Shown: positions 33,924 to 36,020 of the stretch, piece after piece
Layout: each line of letters begins with the position of its first letter
How positions within the stretch are numbered: the stretch's first letter is position 1
Virus record (IMG/VR): IMGVR_UViG_3300044216_004865
Coordinates: 1 to 36,020 of that record
Length of the DNA: 36,020 nt
Reading direction: 5' to 3' (one strand)
Source of the DNA: a virus
Taxonomy: Duplodnaviria > Caudoviricetes
Made by a program: the position numbers and the translations under genes
The notes under the pieces: generated by a model
Databases searched by the model: none
What the model saw: only the letters and a program-made list of their open reading frames with translations
What the model was told of the DNA's origin: nothing

Positions 33924-34348
33924 AGTTTAAGAGCCGAATAGATTTGAGTGAGTTTCGGGCGAAGATCCGGAAAGAGGAACAGAATGTGATTGTGCGTGCG
34001 CAGCGTATTTCTGAGTTGGTAGCGCGTGAAGTGATTAATTATGCCCGAAGCCATACCGGGCAAATGAAAGAAGGAGCGGCTATAAATGCAGCGGGAAATT
34101 ATATCCCAAAAAGCCAAAGAACTCCAAGACGTGTTCACCCCGGTGGATGGGCAGATATTACCAGTAATCTTGCAAACTCCATTAAATACAGCATGGTTAC
34201 CAATGGATTTCGGGTTGAGGTAGTGATTGAGGCAACGATGGAGTATGCAGAGGCCCTTGATGCATTAACAGGATATGATGTTTTGGGTGGTGCGGATGAG
34301 ATAATCAGAAAATCACTTAAAAAACATGGGAGGGATTTCTTTAGATAA
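33920..34348 (+). CDS. Tail completion / neck protein (HK97 gp10-like)
   Basis: TSNLANSI and MEYA motifs. Confidence 0.65.
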   Translation: MKFKSRIDLSEFRAKIRKEEQNVIVRAQRISELVAREVINYARSHTGQMKEGAAINAAGNYIPKSQRTPRRVHPGGWADITSNLANSIKYSMVTNGFRVEVVIEATMEYAEALDALTGYDVLGGADEIIRKSLKKHGRDFFR

Positions 34349-36020
34349 TGGCTATTCGAGAACAATTTACCGTAGATGCCTCCCAGTACCGAGCTGAACT
34401 TAGCCGTGTAGAGCGAGAAACAGAGCAGTCGGCTCGTAAGATGAGCCGGGCATGGAAAGGGTATTCCGAAAGCATGGAGTCTCAGACCGGAAGTATTAAT
34501 AATCTTCGTGATCGAATTAAGATACTTACCGATGCAAGGGATAAGTTTGCGGATCCTGCAACTGTTGACCGCTACAACCGAAGGATTCAAGAGCTCACTA
34601 ATGAGAAGAAAAAACTTGAAACCCAGACTGTAGAGACAGCCAATAAAACAGAGGGATCTCTTAAGAAGATTGGTACGGCTGCAAAACTTTGGATTACCGG
34701 TTTAGCTGTTTCTGCATTTATGGGATTAAGAAAAGCCCTTGGTGTTGCTCAGGAAATACAAGAGGTCGGAAGTACTTATGAAACCGTTCTGGGTCCGTCA
34801 ATTGAGAGGACGAACAAATACATCGAAGAAAACGCCCGCCTTTTAGGGCTTACTGATGCCCAGGCAAAGCGAATGATTACCACTACTACGAACATGGCGA
34901 TGGGTATGGACTTTACCCGGAAGCAAGCTGTGGCCATGTCAACAGATATTTTAACTCTTGCAGGAGACCTGCAGTCATTCAACGATATCCCAATTGAACA
35001 AACTCAGAGAGCTATTGAAAGAGCGTTGACAGGGGAACGTGAGGCTCTTAAAACCCTTGGTATTGTAGTTAAAGAAACAGAGGTACAGCAGAGAGCCTTG
35101 GCAAATACAGGACTTGATGCTGCCGATTCATTGACGCAACAGCAGAAAGCTGCTGCAACCCTTGAGTTGATTACAGAAAGGGCTGGACTGGCTGTTGGTC
35201 ACATGAATGAAAATCAAAACACGAACAGGAATGTAAGTCGACAGGTTTCTGCTCAGATGAGAAATATCTGGGAAGTAATGTCTTCCAAGTTAAATCCTGC
35301 CCTTGAAACTGGGCTTAGAGTTCTTCGACCATTTGTGAATGCACTTAGTGACTGGGTAGAAACTTCACCATCCGAAGAAATAATGGCTGAACGTGATGCT
35401 TTGAATACCCTTGTTCTTGGTATAACGAGCGCCAACACAGATCAGGAGCGAAGGAATGAGCTGATCATGGAGTTGCAGCAGGAATATCCTGATTTCCTTG
35501 ATAACCTGAATATCGAGAAGGCAACAAATGAAGAGATAGCAGATGCTCTTAGGGATGCTAATAAAGAGTACGCTAATCGTATAGCTATTGCACTTGAGGG
35601 TGAGAAGGTGGCGGAAGCACAGCAACGTGCCGGAGAGCTTCAGAATAAAGTTCTTAATGAAGAAATGGATATCCGGGACAATCTGCAGCGTATCATCAGA
35701 GAGCAAGGCCTTCAGGTGGATCTTACGGGTAAAACAGAACTCGAAAGGATTCGGGCTGTTCAAGAAGCTCTTCGTGAAACCGCTGATTTCGGAGAAGGGT
35801 ATGACCTGGCAAACTTTAGTTATGGAGATGCCAATGAATCAGCCAGGGCACTGCAGACATTGAGTGGTGAAGGCCTTCGTTTGATAAGATTGAGTGAAGA
35901 CCTCAAGGAGGCTCAGCAAGAACTTGCAGAAGCAGAAGAGCGTAGAAATGAGATCATTGAAAGGCTTACTTCCGGGCAGGGTAACCTATCAGAAGAGGAG
36001 GAAGAAGCTACTAAAACACT
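34348..36020 (+). CDS. Tape measure protein, 3'-truncated by the window edge (missing from the ORF track)
   Basis: ATG at 34348 (TAATG overlap) opens a frame that appears to run to the window end; Ala/Glu-rich helical sequence with AGDLQSFND and ALTGEREALKTLGI motifs. Confidence 0.88.
   Translation, partial: MAIREQFTVDASQYRAELSRVERETEQSARKMSRAWKGYSESMESQTGSINNLRDRIKILTDARDKFADPATVDRYNRRIQELTNEKKKLETQTVETANKTEGSLKKIGTAAKLWITGLAVSAFMGLRKALGVAQEIQEVGSTYETVLGPSIERTNKYIEENARLLGLTDAQAKRMITTTTNMAMGMDFTRKQAVAMSTDILTLAGDLQSFNDIPIEQTQRAIERALTGEREALKTLGIVVKETEVQQRALANTGLDAADSLTQQQKAAATLELITERAGLAVGHMNENQNTNRNVSRQVSAQMRNIWEVMSSKLNPALETGLRVLRPFVNALSDWVETSPSEEIMAERDALNTLVLGITSANTDQERRNELIMELQQEYPDFLDNLNIEKATNEEIADALRDANKEYANRIAIALEGEKVAEAQQRAGELQNKVLNEEMDIRDNLQRIIREQGLQVDLTGKTELERIRAVQEALRETADFGEGYDLANFSYGDANESARALQTLSGEGLRLIRLSEDLKEAQQELAEAEERRNEIIERLTSGQGNLSEEEEEATKT

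Noticed and set aside
25198-35863. Numerous antisense and alternative-frame ORFs in the track
   Set aside because: They are shadows of well-supported structural genes and lack SD sites or motifs.

Overview
This window is an internal 36 kb segment of a tailed (siphovirus-like) phage or prophage. The host is probably in the Bacteroidota/Balneolota/Rhodothermota group, inferred from TTTG-N20-TAnnTTTR promoters co-occurring with Shine-Dalgarno sites and from the 'ECTNxSKA' C5 methylase family. From left to right it contains: (1) an early/middle region (1-13240) with an MBL hydrolase, a ~770 nt structured non-coding block carrying two expanded tRNA-like RNAs and a Met-Lys minigene, a Dam-like methylase, ASCH, HNH, YopX, a replication initiator with iterons and a C5 methylase; (2) packaging and head genes (terminase, portal, head morphogenesis); (3) a 5 kb opposite-strand island (RHH regulator, DUF4942-type methylase, PAPS-reductase-family protein, aberrant tRNA, HTH); (4) scaffold, capsid, lysis and tail genes, ending in a truncated tape measure gene. 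The most striking feature is an apparently complete phage-borne integron at about 9742-11553. It has an IntI with the integron-specific insertion, a candidate attI, and three attC sites in canonical orientation. Its cassette genes lie antisense to the attC sites, so they read in the direction of the phage early operon toward intI. One cassette has no gene. All protein calls come from motifs recognised by eye, with no database searches.
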